NCBI GenBank assembly: GCA_964016885.1
Contig: OZ024744.1
Coordinates: 105,710,001 to 105,774,000, forward strand
Source of the DNA: Eledone cirrhosa
Lineage: Eukaryota
Direction: 5' to 3'
DNA length: 64,000 bases
Numbering within the stretch: position 1 is the stretch's first letter; each line of letters starts with the position of its first letter. The notes under the pieces were generated by a model. That model did no database searches and was not told the origin of the DNA. It saw only the letters and a program-made list of their open reading frames with translations. The position numbers and the translations under genes are program-made. Below, in pieces: positions 37,477 through 51,387 of the stretch.

Positions 37477-38418
37477 ATGGAGCAACATTACACCATCAAA
37501 TTTTGTGTTAAACTTAAGAAAATCCAAGAAGAAGCTTATGGAATGTCAGATGAGGCGGCCTATGAGGGTGAAATGATGAGCAGAGCAAGTTACTACATAT
37601 GGGTTGAGGATGAATGCAGATCTGGGGCACCAAACAGAGCATGAAAGGAGGAGAACATTGAGGAAGTGCAAAGGTTGGTAATACAAGATCTTCAAGCTAC
37701 TGTGAGGATGATACCTGAAGCTATTTGTATTGGTACAATAGAGACAATTGTAACCAAAGATCTGGAGCTCCACAAAGTCTACTAAAGATCCTCTCCAATT
37801 ACCAGAGGCAGTTTTGTATGGAATGTTGCAATGACTTTCTTGATATGATACCAACTAATTCTGGGTCCTGAATAAAGTAGTGACTTGTGACAAAAGTTGG
37901 GTATTCAACTTGAGAGTAAATGTCAGGGTGCCCAGTGGAAGTACATGTCCTCCCCCAGAAGGCAAGGATGAGCAGGTCACAAGAGAAGACCATGACTCTC
38001 AGGGGCTAATTCACATTTAATGGGTTCTTGAGGGATAAACCATCAATAAGGAGCACTACCTTGAAATTCTGAAAAGATTCAAGGACAGGATGAAGAAGAA
38101 AAGGCCACAACAGTAGAGAATAGTGGTTCCACCAGGACAATACTTCACGTCATAAGTCAATGACCACCTGGATGACCAACAGGGGAGTGAAAGTGGTACA
38201 ACATCCACCCTACAGCCCTGACCTGGCTTCTTGTGACTTCTTCCTGTTTCCACACATAAAAAAGACATAGAGGAATTAAATTCAAGTCAACACAGGAGCT
38301 GAAGGAGGCATTTCCTGGTGGGTCTGTAGAAGGATTGGGAGGAGGTCTTCCAGGAGTGGGGAAGACACCAGCACAAGTGTGTAAATGTGAGGGGTCATTA
38401 TTTTGATAAAGATTATGA
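37477..38418 (+). mobile_element. Decayed mariner (DD34D) transposase pseudogene
   Basis: Fragments in order: MEQHYTIKFCVKL, VVTCDKSWVF, HQDNTSRHKS, QHPPYSPDLASCDFFLFP. Many stops and frameshifts. Confidence 0.85.
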
Positions 38419-38850
38419 AAATAATGTCTCTCCAGAAATTTTGTCATTATTTATTGAACATACCTAACCCCCCCCCCCCCCACACACACACACTTTAGTT
38501 CCAGATGGTTGCACATGAATGAGGACATTTTAGGATAAGTTTTCTTTACCTTTTGTCTATTATTTATTAATTGCTGGTTTGTGGGCTTCATTAGAAGAAT
38601 TTTCCAATGAATTATCTTGTTTCTTGTGTATCTTCATCCAGTTTCACAAAGAAAAGACTTACATACTAAAATTTAGTCCTTTTATGATAGCTTGCTCATT
38701 TTCAGCCTTTTCAAAGTATTTTAGGTATTTCTGTTTCTATAAAAACACAGTTCACTGTTTTCTTCAGTTACAATGTTATTTAATACAGAACTGCCTCTAG
38801 ATTCCATTTTTCTATTCATTGGTATACTTACCTCAAGTGTATTGATAATA

Positions 38851-39313
38851 GGTATAGCTAATGAGTTGGGAAGGAGAGTGGCTCGTTACGGTAGTATGTG
38901 GGTATAGCTAATGAGTTGGGAAGGGGAGTGGCTCGTTACGGTAGTATGTGGGTATAGCTAATGAGTTGGGAAGGAGAGTGGCTCGTTACGGTAGTATGTG
39001 GGTATAGCTAATGAGTTGGGAAGGAGAGTGGCTCGTTACGGTAGTATGTGGGTATAGCTAATGAGTTGGGAAGGAGAGTGGCTCGTTACGGTAGTATGTG
39101 GGTATAGCTAATGAGTTGGGAAGGAGAGTGGCTCGTTATGGTAGTATGTGGGTATAGCTAATGAGTTGGGAAGGGGAGTGGCTCGTTACGGTAGTATGTG
39201 GGTATAGCTAATGAGTTGGGAAGGGGAGTGGCTCGTTATGGTAGTATGTGGGTATAGCTAATGAGTTGGGAAGGGGAGTGGCTCGTTACGGTAGTATGTA
39301 GGTATAGCTAATG
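38851..39313. repeat. 50-bp minisatellite, about 9 copies
   Basis: Unit GGTATAGCTAATGAGTTGGGAAGG(A/G)GAGTGGCTCGTTACGGTAGTATGTG. Confidence 0.96.
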
Positions 39314-40174
39314 CCAATATGGAAAATAGGTGTTTAACAATGATCATGATGTACCCTTGGTTAGTAATTGTTGCATCAATGAAAAACCATTGGTAAACTA
39401 TGCTACAGTAAACCAGATAGTGATAACGAATACAGCTCAGATCTTATTCCATTACATGAAAAACTTTGTGACTGAGGCTGAAGAAACTATTTAGGATGTC
39501 CCTAAAGTAACACCCTACAAAACTGAAATGCAGTGACTCCCCACCCAACTTTCAACACTGTGTAAGTATATTGATGGCCTGCACATACTGAACCCATTAC
39601 AGATGGTGTGAGACATAACCTCAAATACCACCAACACTGCTACTGGTACCATGTAACCCAGTACAACCTGCTTCATGGCTGAGTGGTCGGCAACTAAACC
39701 AGACCCCCCCACCAGGCTCTGGTCTGGTGACATGGGTAAGTGGAACACCAACAGCACAAAAAACCAACTGTTAAAAGGGTGGATGAATACCTCCAAGTTA
39801 ATAGCCACCCATCCCAACTATGGGTTAAATAACTTCACTAACCCACAATTAGTCAAGCATGGTGATCACGGCTACATCCCTGACAATACCAAAACCAAAC
39901 AGAAAGCAGTGGGGGTCAGCTAGGGAAGGGTTCCTCCAATAGGGATGAGAAAGCCCTGGATTGGATTAGATGGGATCTTGCTGATTGTTTGGCAGGTTTT
40001 CCTACAGCTAGACGCCCTTCATATCACCACCCACGTTTCAGTGTCTACTGGATATGATTATCATGTAGCAAACCAACACCAAGGAGTTTGTCATATCTTC
40101 AATACAACTTAAAGGTTTTGGCGACCCTTTGTGTGGCCAGCTTTCTACAGTTGAATGACTTTTGAATTGCAGGC

Positions 40175-40655
40175 ACCACCACTACCGCAATCACCATCAC
40201 ACCCTACTACAACTACCACCACCATCACACCCTATTACAACTACCACCACCATCACACCCTACTACAACTACCACCACCATCACACCCTACTACAACTAC
40301 CACCACCATCACACCCTACTACAACTACCACCACCATCACACCCTACTACAACTACCACCACCATCACACCCTACTACAACTACCACCACCATCACACCC
40401 TACTACAACTACCACCACCATCACACCCTACTACAACTACCACCACCATCACACACTACTACAACTACCACCACTACCACAATCACCACCACCACCACCA
40501 CCACGACCACAACCACCACAACTACCACCACCACTACCACTACCACAACTACCACCACCACCACCACCACAACTACCACCACCACCACAACCACTACAAC
40601 CACCACCACCACAACCACCACCACCACAACCACCACTACTATTACTACTACTAGC
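40175..40655. repeat. (ACC/ACT/ACA)n simple repeat with a 28-bp higher-order unit
   Basis: ACCATCACACCCTACTACAACTACCACC repeats followed by a trinucleotide tract. Confidence 0.9.
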
Positions 40656-41160
40656 TTCTCTAAACAAGACATCTTTAACTATACTTGATGTGGCCACAGC
40701 CTTCTTATCACCCTCCCCCCCTCTTTTGGCCTGGTTACCCTTGCTCCCCTCATTACCATTTCCTCTTATCTCTCTCCTCCCACACACATTCTTCAGACCT
40801 CTTTTCACTACTACTACTACTCCCCCCCCCTCTCTCTCTCCAACTAAATGTATTCAAATATAATAAATCTTATTAAATAATATTTGTTGATGTTAAGACA
40901 TCCTGTAATAATTTAGCAGAAAATATCTAAAAACAGGTTTGTTAATGCAAATGTTTGTAGTATCTTTACTGGTGAACATTTGTTGTTAGAGTAAAGACAT
41001 TAGATTTTAATGTGACACACAGTTGATGTGGTTTCACGTGGTACAGGACATTAAAAGTTAATGCCGACTATGACTAGTTTCCTCATGATAAAATGCACCC
41101 AGTCCACTCTGTAAAATGGTAGTGCTGGTGCCACAATAAAATGCACCCATTCATACCAGT

Positions 41161-43620
41161 TTGAAGAATGTGATCATCATCAAACTGCCAAAGAAGGGTG
41201 ACCTCAGGGACTGCAGCAACTTCCGAGGGATCATCTCCTGTCAGAGTGTGACCTCAGGGACTGCAGCAACTATCAAGGGATCATCTCCTGTCAGTGCCGA
41301 GCAAGGTTCTCAACAGAGTACTACTGGAGAAGATAAAGGAAAGCAGTCAACCCCAAGCTCCAGGTTCAGTAGGTGGGATTCTGCAGGAACAGATCTTGTG
41401 TTGATCAGATCACCAGCCTACACATCATTGTGGAGCAGTCACTGGAGTGGAATATCCCACTCTACATCAACAGATCTTGTGTTGATCAGATCACCAGCCT
41501 ACACATCATTGTGGAGCAGTCACTGGAGTGGAATATCCCACTCTACATCAACAGATCTTGTGCTGATCAGATCACCAGTCTATACATCATTGTGGAGCAG
41601 TCACTGGAGTGGAATATCCCACTCTACATCAACAGATCTTGTGTTGATCAGATCACCAGCCTACACATCAATGTGGAGCAGTCACTGGAGTGGAATATCC
41701 TACTCTACATCAATAGATCTTGTGCTGATCAGATCACCAGTCTATACATCATTGTGGAGCAGTCACTGGAGTGGAATATCCCACTCTACATCAACAGATC
41801 TTGTGCTGATCAGATCACCAGCCTACACATCATTGTGGAGCAGTCACTGGAGTGGAATATCCTACTCTACATCAACAGATCTTGTGTTGATCAGATCACC
41901 ATCATTGTGGAGCAGTCACTGGAGTGGAATATCCCACTCTACATCAACAGATCTTGTGCTGATCAGATCACCAGCCTACACATCATTGTGGAGCAGTCAC
42001 TGGAGTGGAATATCCTACTCTACATCAACAGATCTTGTGTTGATCAGATCACCATCATTGTGGAGCAGTCACTGGAGTGGAATATCCCACTCTACATCAA
42101 CAGATCTTGTGCTGATCAAATCACCATCATTGTGGAGCAGTCACTGGAGTGGAATGTCCCACTCTACATCAACAGATCTTGTGTTGATCAGATCACCAGC
42201 TTTTACATCATTGTGGAGCAGTCACTGGAGTGGAATATCCCACTTTACATCAACTTCATAGACTACAAGACAGTGTTTGACAGTGTGGACAGAGAGACAC
42301 TATGGAAGCTACTGATACCCTATGGAGTACCTGGGAAGATTAACTCCCTCATTTGCTGCACTTACCAAGATCGGTCCCACCAGCCGACTGTCCAAGTCTC
42401 AAAGTGAAGACTAGAGTTCATCAGAGGTGCTTGCTGTCACTATTCCTCTTCCTCCTGGCCATTGACTAGATAATGAAAACCACAACAACAGACAGGAACA
42501 GTGGTATACAGTGGACACCCTGGACACAACTAGATGACCTCAATTTTGCTGATGACCTGGCATTCTTGTCACACAGTTACGACCAGATACAGGACAAGAC
42601 TTCATGCTTGGAGGCTACGTCAGCCAGGACAGGGCTGAAGATAATCAGGAAAAATACCAATCTGATGAAGATCAGCACTGCTGCCAACACACCAGTCACA
42701 GTCAGTGGGGAGCCCATTAGAGAGGTGGAACATTTGTCTACTTAGGAAACCAGTCACAGTCAGTGGAGAGCCCATTAGAGAGGTGGAATCATTTGTCTAC
42801 TTAGGAAACCAGTCACAGTCAGTGGAGAGCCCATTAGAGAGGTGGAATCATTTGTCTACTTAGGAAACCAGTCACAGTCAGTGGAGAGCCCATTAGAGAG
42901 GTGGAATCATTTGTCTACTTAGGAAACCAGTCACAGTCAGTGGAGAGCCCATTAGAGAGGTGGAATCATTTGTCTACTTAGGAAACCAGTCATAGTCAGT
43001 AGGGAGCCCATTAGAGAGGTGGAATCATTTGTCTACTTAGGAAGTGTGGTTGATTGACGTTGGGGAACTGACCGAGACGTCACAGCCAGGATTGGCAAGG
43101 TAAGAGCAGCTTTCATCTTGCTAAAGAACATCTGGGCATCAAAAGAGATCTGCCCAAGAACTAAATATCACATCTTCAACTCCAACGTGAAGGTGGTACT
43201 ACTGTACAGATGTTAAACTTGGAGGACAACAAAGAAGATGCAGCAGAAGACGCAGACATTCTTCAACACCTGTCTGAGGCACATCTACAACATCAAATGG
43301 CTGGAGAAGATGAGAAACAAAGATCTGTGGGAGTGAGCGGGACAGGAACCAGTGGCTAAGTAGATTCTGTGGAGGATGTGGAGCTGGATTGGGCGTACTC
43401 TCAGGAAACCAGCATCCAACACCACATGCCAAGCTTTGACTCGGCCCCTGCAGGGCAAGAGGGAAAGGGGCCGGCCCCATGGCAACTGGAGGTGTGACAC
43501 TGAGGCTGAATTAAGAAAACTGGAAGCCAACTGGAGTGGAGTGGTGAGAGCAGCCAGGATTGTGTACAATGGCAGAGGAAATGGCCTATGCTCCACAGAG
43601 TGATGAGACTGAATGAATGA
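41161..43620 (+). mobile_element. Degenerate RTE-clade LINE of a second lineage, with internal 81-bp and 59-bp tandem amplifications
   Basis: Motifs IIKLPKKGDLRDCSNFRGI, GFCRNRSCVDQI, LYINFIDYKTVFDSVDR, DDLNFADDLAFL, WSWIGRTLRK, RERGRP. 81-bp units at 41388-42255 and 59-bp units at 42692-43042. Confidence 0.9.
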
Positions 43621-44144
43621 GTACACAGTGTAAAGTAGTTGATGTTAGGAAGGGCATCTAGTCATAGAAACCAAGACAAAAACAGCGTATGAGCAAGGCG
43701 TGGTCACATTTACTTGGCTAGCCTGAGTATGTAACCCGTCTAACCTATGCTGACATTAAAAATAGACATTAAATGGTAATTATGATGATCCACACTTCTG
43801 CATGACTGTCTCTATAATAGGAACGTCTTCTCATAACAGCTGTATTTGATTTACACTTGGTCTTGCCCTAAGCTATATAAAGCTTGGAAGACACTTTAAA
43901 AAAAATTACACCAGAAGTCTCACAGAAATCCAAAACATGTGTAATGTGTATCTTTTAATTATTTGAGACCCTTGGAGAGTGTGGGACCATGAGCTGTAGT
44001 TTGTTTGGTTTATGTCACCTATTGGGGGGGGGGGGGGGGGGGCTAAGAAGTGGAAATGAGAAAAGTCACATTTTAAGGAGCTAAGGAGCAGCAGAAAGAA
44101 TTGTTGAAACTATTGCAGATCTTGATAAGTTGTGAACTAGAACG

Positions 44145-44670
44145 AGGGTTTAATTAGTACAGGAGTATTAGAGGGTTTAATTAGTATTGCAGGAGTATTA
44201 GAGGGTTTAATTAGTAGTACAGAAGTATTAGAGGGTTTAATTGGTATTACAGGAGTATTAGAGGGTTTAATTAGTAGTACAGGAGTATTAGAGGGTTTAA
44301 TTAGTAGTACAGGAGTATTAGAGGGTTTAATTAGTAGTACAGAAGTAGTGGAGGGTTTAATTAGTAATACAGGATTAGTGGAGGTTTAATTAGTATTACA
44401 GGTTTAGTGGAGGTTTAATCAGTATTACAGGTTTAGTGGAAGGTTTAATTAGTTTTACAGAAGTAGTGGAGGTTTTAATTAGTATTAGAGGGTTTAATTA
44501 GTAGTACAGGAGTAGTGGAGGTTTAATTAATAATACAGGAGTAGTGGAGGGTTTAATTAGTATTACAGTAGTGGAGGTTTAATTAGTAGTACAGGAGTAG
44601 TGGAGGTTTTAATTAGTAGTACAGGTTTAGTGGAGGTTTTAATTAGTACTAGAGGATTAGTGGAGGGTTT
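44145..44670. repeat. Degenerate about 30-bp tandem repeat (GAGGGTTTAATTAGTAGTACAGGAGTA..)
   Basis: Directly visible. Confidence 0.9.
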
Positions 44671-45250
44671 GGTCAGGAATGCACGCAATTAGTGGACGTG
44701 AAGTTTACTGGGATAGTTGTCAGCTTCCAAATATTTTAACCAGGATGTACCTTTAATTAATGATTTTGACAGCAACACCCCTGAAACACCCTAGTTCTAC
44801 GATAGAAAACTATTTATTTTACAGTGTTTATATTTATCTAAAAACATTCTGGAAGGGTTAAACAACACCGTCAGTGTCTTTCATTAGAAATATGGAAACG
44901 GAAGGGTTAATGCAAATGTATAATATAAACACAGGTCAAATACTAACTAACAAAACACATGGCGCTACTTTTATTGTTGGCTTTTATTCTATTTTTATAT
45001 TGTACTTGGGTTTGTTTGCTATATTATATTATATTACTATCATATCATATTATATTACTATTATATTATATTACTATTATTGAAATAAGCTGCGACTGTA
45101 TATCGTTTCACATGTGAAGTTTCTACTCCTTAGAAAGGAATTTGTTTGATTGTGGTGACACATACACACACACATCTTAAACTACTCTAAGACCACACAA
45201 TAATGTCTGTGTAGTTGTGTGTCTGTGTGTGTGTGTGTGTGTGTGTATAG

Positions 45251-45287
<37 letters not shown>

Positions 45288-45313
45288 GAGAATTAATATT
45301 CTAAGACCACATA

Positions 45314-45348
<35 letters not shown>

Positions 45349-45824
45349 GAGAATTAATATTCTAAGACCACATAGTATGTGTGTGTGTGTGTGTGTGTGT
45401 GTGTTGAGAAATATTCTATCACATTGTGTGTGTGTTGAGAATTAATATTCTAAGACTAAGACTAAGTGTGTAGTTGTATATGTGTGTGTGTAGTTGTATG
45501 TGTGTGTGTGTAGTTGTATGTGCGTGTGTGTAGTTGTGTGTGTGTGTTGAGAAATAGTATTCTAAGATCACATAGTGTGTGTTGAGAAATATACAACACA
45601 AATGCCAGTGTATTCACAGTATAGTTGTTCACTATAACGTGATTGTTGCTTTATTGTAGGTTTCTGGGTCATTTAGAAATTGTTGCAGTGGCTAATAGAA
45701 GGAGCCTCTGTGTAGATGCTTCATCTGCTATAGAGAGCAATCAAATTTCCCTTAAAACAAGCCTACTATTAAAAAACAAACAATAATAACACAGGATAAT
45801 ATATTCAGTGTGTATAATGTCTGT

Positions 45825-46312
45825 ATAAAAGATGAGATGATCAGGTCTACAATGTCAGTATAAAAGATAAGATGATCAAGCCTTCAATGTCAGTATAAAA
45901 GGTGAAATGATCAGGTATTCTATGTCTGTATAAAATATGAGATGATCAGGTCTTCTATGTCTGTATAAAAGATGAGATGATCAGGTCTATAATGTCTGTA
46001 TAAAAGATAAAAGATGAGATGATCAGGTCTACAATGTCTGTATAAAAGATAAAAGATGAGATGATCAGATCTACAATGTTTGTATAAAAGATGAGATGAT
46101 CAGGTCTTCTATGTCTGTATAAAAAATGAGATGATCAGGTATTCTATGTCTGTATAAAATATGAGATGATCAGGTCTTCTATATCTGTATAAAAGATGAG
46201 ATGATCAGGTCTTCTATATCTGTATAAAAGATGAGATGATCAGGTCTTCTATGTCAGTATAAAAAATGAGATGATTAGGTCTACAATGTCAGTATAAAAG
46301 ATGAGATGATCA
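45825..46312. repeat. About 35-bp tandem repeat (ATGTCTGTATAAAAGATGAGATGATCAGGTCT..)
   Basis: Directly visible. Confidence 0.9.
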
Positions 46313-46656
46313 GGGCTAACCAGAAAACAAAACAACAATACTAGAATGATGTATATATACATTTGAAATAAGAAAATGGTAGAATGTTGTTATTTTGGCG
46401 GTGGTGATGGTGGGAGGGATCACTCAGTTGAGTGTCTTCTTTCTCCTTCAAATTTGTGGTTTGAGGAATTTATGGGATATGATAATGTGTGTTAAGAAAA
46501 AATAATAAACCGGAAAAGAGAAAAATAAGGAAGAAACTAAAAAAAGGGGAAGAGGGAAGGGACAAACTCCATGGGTGGTATATTTCACCCCTGCCCAGCA
46601 GACAAGATGGCAACAGGATTGCTGTAGAGAACAGCCAGGGTATGTGTGTGAGACAC

Positions 46657-46687
<31 letters not shown>

Positions 46688-47036
46688 CTGTCAATTGCAC
46701 AAACCTGATCATAAATACAATTAGAAGAAACCTGAAATAATTATTCATGAAATAAGTCCACTGAATATTTTAACCCTTAAACAATTTTCTCATAAAATCT
46801 AAACATTTATACTAGATCTCAGATATCATCCACATTTCTTTACCCTTATATTCCGTAAACTAACCACTGACCCACATCAACTACTGGTATGAGGAAAATA
46901 GGTGTTATTAAGCTGCAGCTGTCATATTATGTAGTTTCTGTGTAATAAAATCATTATTGTCTGCAGTGACTACAATCCCATTGTGTCAGAATCTACTCGG
47001 ACTCAACATAACTAACAGTAATATCATGACCCCCCC

Positions 47037-47152
<116 letters not shown>

Positions 47153-47292
47153 AATTTAAATTATGAATTTTGAATGTTTGTTAAGTGTTTAAAAGTTGTA
47201 TGAAAGAGAGACTGAAAAAAACTTGTAGTTAGGAATGGAGAGATAAAACATTCTGACTGAATCAGTTATTTATTGTTGTTATTATTAGTGTA

Positions 47293-48381
47293 GTGTACCA
47301 GTAATACACTGAGATAATTGCTGGCCTTGTGCCAAAAGTAGAAACAATTATTAGTGTAGTGTAGTGTAATGATGGGCAGTGTTGGTACAGGGTCGGATGC
47401 CATGCTTTCTAGCATAGAGTTACTGCCCTTTATGGTCTGAGTTCAAATCCCGCCGAGGTTTACTTTGCCTTTCATCCCTACGGGGTCGATAAAATAAAGT
47501 ACCAGTAATGTACTACGATAATTGCTGGCCTTGTGCCAAAAGTAGAAACAATTATTATTATTGTAGTGGAGGGGAGGGCGGTGGGTGGATTGGCAGTATC
47601 AGTAGAGGTTTGCAGCATATAGTTACGTCCCTTTATGATCTGAGTTCAAATGTCGCCGAGGTTAACTTTGCCTTTCATCTTTACGGGGGTCGGTAAAATA
47701 AAGTACCAGTCACGTACTGGGGTCGATTTAATCGACATCTCCTCCTCCCAAATTGCTGGCCTTGTACCTATATAAGAAACCATTATTAGTGTAGTGGGTG
47801 GGCAGAATCAGTAGAGCATTGAACAAAATACTTTGTGGTATTTACTTATGACTTTTTATGTTCTGAGTTAAAATCCTGTTGAGGTGAACTTCTGGTGTCA
47901 ATAAACTAAAGTAGCAGTCAAATGCTGGGGTCTATTTGTAATCAAGTTTCCCCTTCACCAAAATTTCTGGCCTTGTGACAATTTTAGAAATAATGATTTC
48001 TACTTTAGTCACAAAGGCCAGCAGTTTTGGGTGTGGGGGAAAATCGATTAAATCAACATCCCCGTAAAGATGAAAAGCAAAGCTAAGCTTGGCAGGATTT
48101 GAACTCAGAACATATAGGGCCGTAATTCTATGCCGCTAAGCATGTTGTCCGACGCTCTACCAATCCACCGCCTTATTTTAGAAATAATAATTGTTTCTAC
48201 TTTTGGCACAAGGCCAGCAATTATCCCAGTGTATTACTGGTACTTTATTTTATCGACCCCGTAAGGATGAAAGGCAAAGTTAACCTCGGCAGGATTTGAA
48301 CTCAGACCATAAAGCGTCGTAACTCTTTGCTGCAAAGCATGGCATCCGACCTTCTACCGATACTGCCAATCCACCGCCCTT
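47293..48381. mobile_element. Cluster of SINE family B copies: about 3 on + followed by 2 on - (tail-to-tail)
   Basis: Core GAGGTT.ACTTTGCCTTTCATC on + near 47455 and 47658, and decayed near 47881. Its reverse complement lies near 48070 and 48267. Confidence 0.85.
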
Positions 48382-48996
48382 CAAATAATAATAATAATTA
48401 TTATTATTCTCCATTTGTTTATTTAATTATCTGTTGCAGTAATCAGTGTGGTTTATCTTTGATTTATCATAGCAAGCTGCTGTTAGTAAACATAGAATCT
48501 TTCTGTTGAAACTATTTTATTGGTCAATAAAAGAACACCTTTATTTTCTATTTTATTTATTTATCGGATAAAAAGATGGGATTAGCAGGAGTGGAGGAAG
48601 GATGTGTTGAAAAAGATCCTTTCAACTAACTCATGGAAGCATATAAAAGCAAATGTAAAATGGTGGTGGTGATGATGATGATTAATTCATCCACTAAACT
48701 TTGATTGATGGTAACAATCTCAGTAGTTGTTTAGTCTCAGTTTATAGTTTATCTCCAGTCACCAGTAGAACTCTGATGAAAGGCATTCTAACCATAACCA
48801 TCACATCTTTCCAGACATAGTTTATATTAGACTACATTATCCAATGTATTTTTAGTCTGTAATTTGAGAAAGGTTTGGTTGCTACTTTTGTCAGGTCCAC
48901 TGACCATCATTTTGTCTCCTTGTATTTTAAGATTAATGTCATACTATTTATGTATTCCTGTTTATTTCTAGTGTAATAATGGTTTTATAATTTAGT

Positions 48997-49622
48997 GGTG
49001 GCATATGGCCTGGTGGTAAGTGTGTTCATCATCATCATCATCATTTCATTTTACGTCCACTTTTCCCTGCTTGCAAGGGTGGGACAGGAACTGATTCTGG
49101 CTTGATTTCTACAGCTGGATGCCCTTCCTAACACCAACCTCATTTACCTCCACGACCACTTTGCAGTGGAATGATAGGGACCCCCAGTCCCTATCATCTC
49201 ATTTCTACAGCTGAGTAAACTGGAGCAATGTGAAATAAAGTGTCTTGCTCAAGGAAACAACACATCACCCGGTCTGAGAATTGAACTCACAACCTTTCGA
49301 TTGCAAGGCCAATGCTCTAACCACTAAGCCATGTGCCTCCATGTGTTGAACTTACAATCATAATGCTGTGGGTTCAATTCTTAGTGTCGGTTAGGTGTTG
49401 TGTTCTTGAGCAAAACACTTCATTTCATGTTGCTCCAGTATACTCAGCTGAAAATGAGTACCAGCAATAGCTGGGAGAGTTTAAGCCTGCGATGGACTGG
49501 CGTCATGTCCAGGGGGGGGGGGGGGGAGGGTCTTGTACTCTCAGTTGCTTAACGCCATGGAAACCAGGATAGGCACCAGCCCGATGAGCTTCTGGGCTCG
49601 AGACAGACTTTAAACTTTTTTT
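48997..49622 (+). mobile_element. Older tRNA-derived SINE interrupted by a nested SINE
   Basis: A box TGGCCTGGTGG at about 49006, B box GGTTCAATTC at 49371, core TTCTTGAGCAAAACACTT, body CCTGCGATGGACTGGCG, and an ACTTT-type tail. Confidence 0.75.
49027..49340 (-). mobile_element. SINE family A, full length, nested
   Basis: Reverse complement of 27331-27678 lacking one internal block of about 30 bp. Flanked by TGTGTT at 49021-49026 and 49342-49347. Confidence 0.9.
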
Positions 49623-50029
49623 AGTATTTAGAGAAAATACCAGCAATTTTTATGGGGTAAGGGGAGTTGATTATATTGACTGAATGGTAGGTACTTTATT
49701 TTATCAACCCCTGAAGGATAAAAAGCAAAGTTGACCTCAGCAGGATTTGAACTCAGAATGTAAAATGCTGGAATAAATGTTCTATCGAAATTATAAACAT
49801 TTTTAACTTCCAAATGTGTCATTTATCTCCCAGAAGACAAAACTAAAGAAGATAGAACTTCTACACTAAAGAAGATAGAACTATCACTTCTACACTAAAG
49901 AAGATAGAACTTCTACACTAAAGAAGATAGAACTATCACTTTTACACTAAAGAAGATAGAACTATCACTTCTACACCAAAGAAGATAGAACTATCACTTC
50001 TATATTAAAGAAGATAGAACTATCTTAAC

Positions 50030-50496
50030 CATTTCATCAACAAACTGACTGAAACCATCCCTGCTTCTACGACATAAAACAGTTTATTTTAAAGCCTTCT
50101 ATTATAAGAATGTTAGAACTTTTGTTATATTGTTAATATTGGTTTCTGATTTAGGCACAGGGCCAACAATTTTTTGAGGGAGGGGAAAGTTGATTAAATC
50201 GACCCTAGTAAATTACTGGTGCTTTGCTTTTCATCCTTATGGGGTCAATAAAATAAAGTTAACCTCAGTGGGATTTGAACTCAGACCATAAAGGTCTGTA
50301 ACTATATACCACAAAGCATGTTGTCCAAAGTTTTACCGATACAATCAATCCACCGACCTGGTAATTAAAAAAATACCAACTTAATGAGAAGAGACAGTTA
50401 GTTATATTTCTACATCCCTCCAAATTCTTGATTATTTTCAAAATTATTTGAAAACCAGGGGCAATGTCTTTCATTAGAAATATGATAATGGAGGGG
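50030..50496. mobile_element. Second piggyBac-type MITE family, interrupted by a - strand family B SINE (about 50140-50358); related copy at about 44740-44906
   Basis: TTAA|CCATTTC ... GTCTTTCATTAGAAATATG..GGAGGGG|TTAA. The same TTCTACGA and GTCTTTCATTAGAAATATG blocks and a GGG|TTAA end occur at 44795-44910. Confidence 0.55.
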
Positions 50497-51241
50497 TTAA
50501 TATATATTCTATAAATGTCAGTATATAAGACGTACTACCTGTTGCTGGTTACCAAGGCAACCATCATCAGTGCTAACAATTTTCTGTACAATGTAGGATT
50601 TAAAGTTCACATTTCATACCTGGAATATACACCCCCCCCCCCTCTTACGGGGTGGGGGTTAAGGTTCAAAAGGCATCTTATAAACCTTGGATTATAAGAA
50701 TAGAGCTGTTACTATTTAAAATTACTACCCCCATCTCCCACCTCAAAAATATGAAAAGAAAAGTCTGTGTGTGTAGGTATATTCTTGCAGAGGTGTGTGC
50801 AGGTATATTCTTGCAGAGGTGTGTGTGTGTGTGTATAGATATATTCTTGCAGAGGCGTGTGTGTGTGTGTGTAGATGTATTCTTGCAGAGGTGTGTGTGT
50901 ATATAGATATATTCTTGCAGAGGTGTATGTGTGTGTAGATGTATTCTTGCAGAGGTGTGGGCAGAAGCCCCCCGCCCATGTAAGTCCATCATTGACCTCC
51001 ATGTAAGAATGCTAACAACTAGTGTTTCAGAATCTTTATCCATCATCAGTGACATTCACTTGGTAGTGAAGTATAATAAGCTGATAACCTGTTATACTTC
51101 ACTACATATTGTGTATATTTTATATACAACTCTATTTGTTTCTTGTAAATCTCATTTTCTCATTGTTATGAATACTTTTTCATTCCCATTTCTCTTTTGT
51201 TAAATTTTAATATTTCTATTTTTTTATTTTTTTTTTTACAG

Positions 51242-51387
51242 ATCACCAAAATTATTTTGGTGTTGATGAAAATCTAGGGCCAACTGCTATCAGTATTAAA
51301 AGGGAAAAAACTGATGGCCGAGAGAATAATCATGGTAAAGCTGAATATGGTCAATTTCAATTCCGAGTCATCTTTAGAACAAGTGAG
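51242..51387 (+). CDS. SIPA1L: Internal coding exon of a signal-induced proliferation-associated 1-like (SIPA1L) RapGAP gene
   Basis: Poly-T tract + CAG acceptor and GAG|GTATGT donor. Encodes (D)HQNYFGVDENLGPTAISIKREKTDGRENNHGKAEYGQFQFRVIFRTSE, matching SIPA1L HWNYFGxDENLGPVAVSIRREK...IFRTSE. 146 nt, phase 1 to 0. Confidence 0.92.

Noticed and set aside
40155-40863. Pro/Thr/His-rich ORFs
   Set aside because: Simple repeat artefact.
41161-42407. 366-aa and 344-aa repeat-protein ORFs
   Set aside because: In-frame tandem amplification of a dead LINE RT fragment.
48774-48790. CTGATGAAAGG as a possible hammerhead core
   Set aside because: No helix II, second core strand or helix I.
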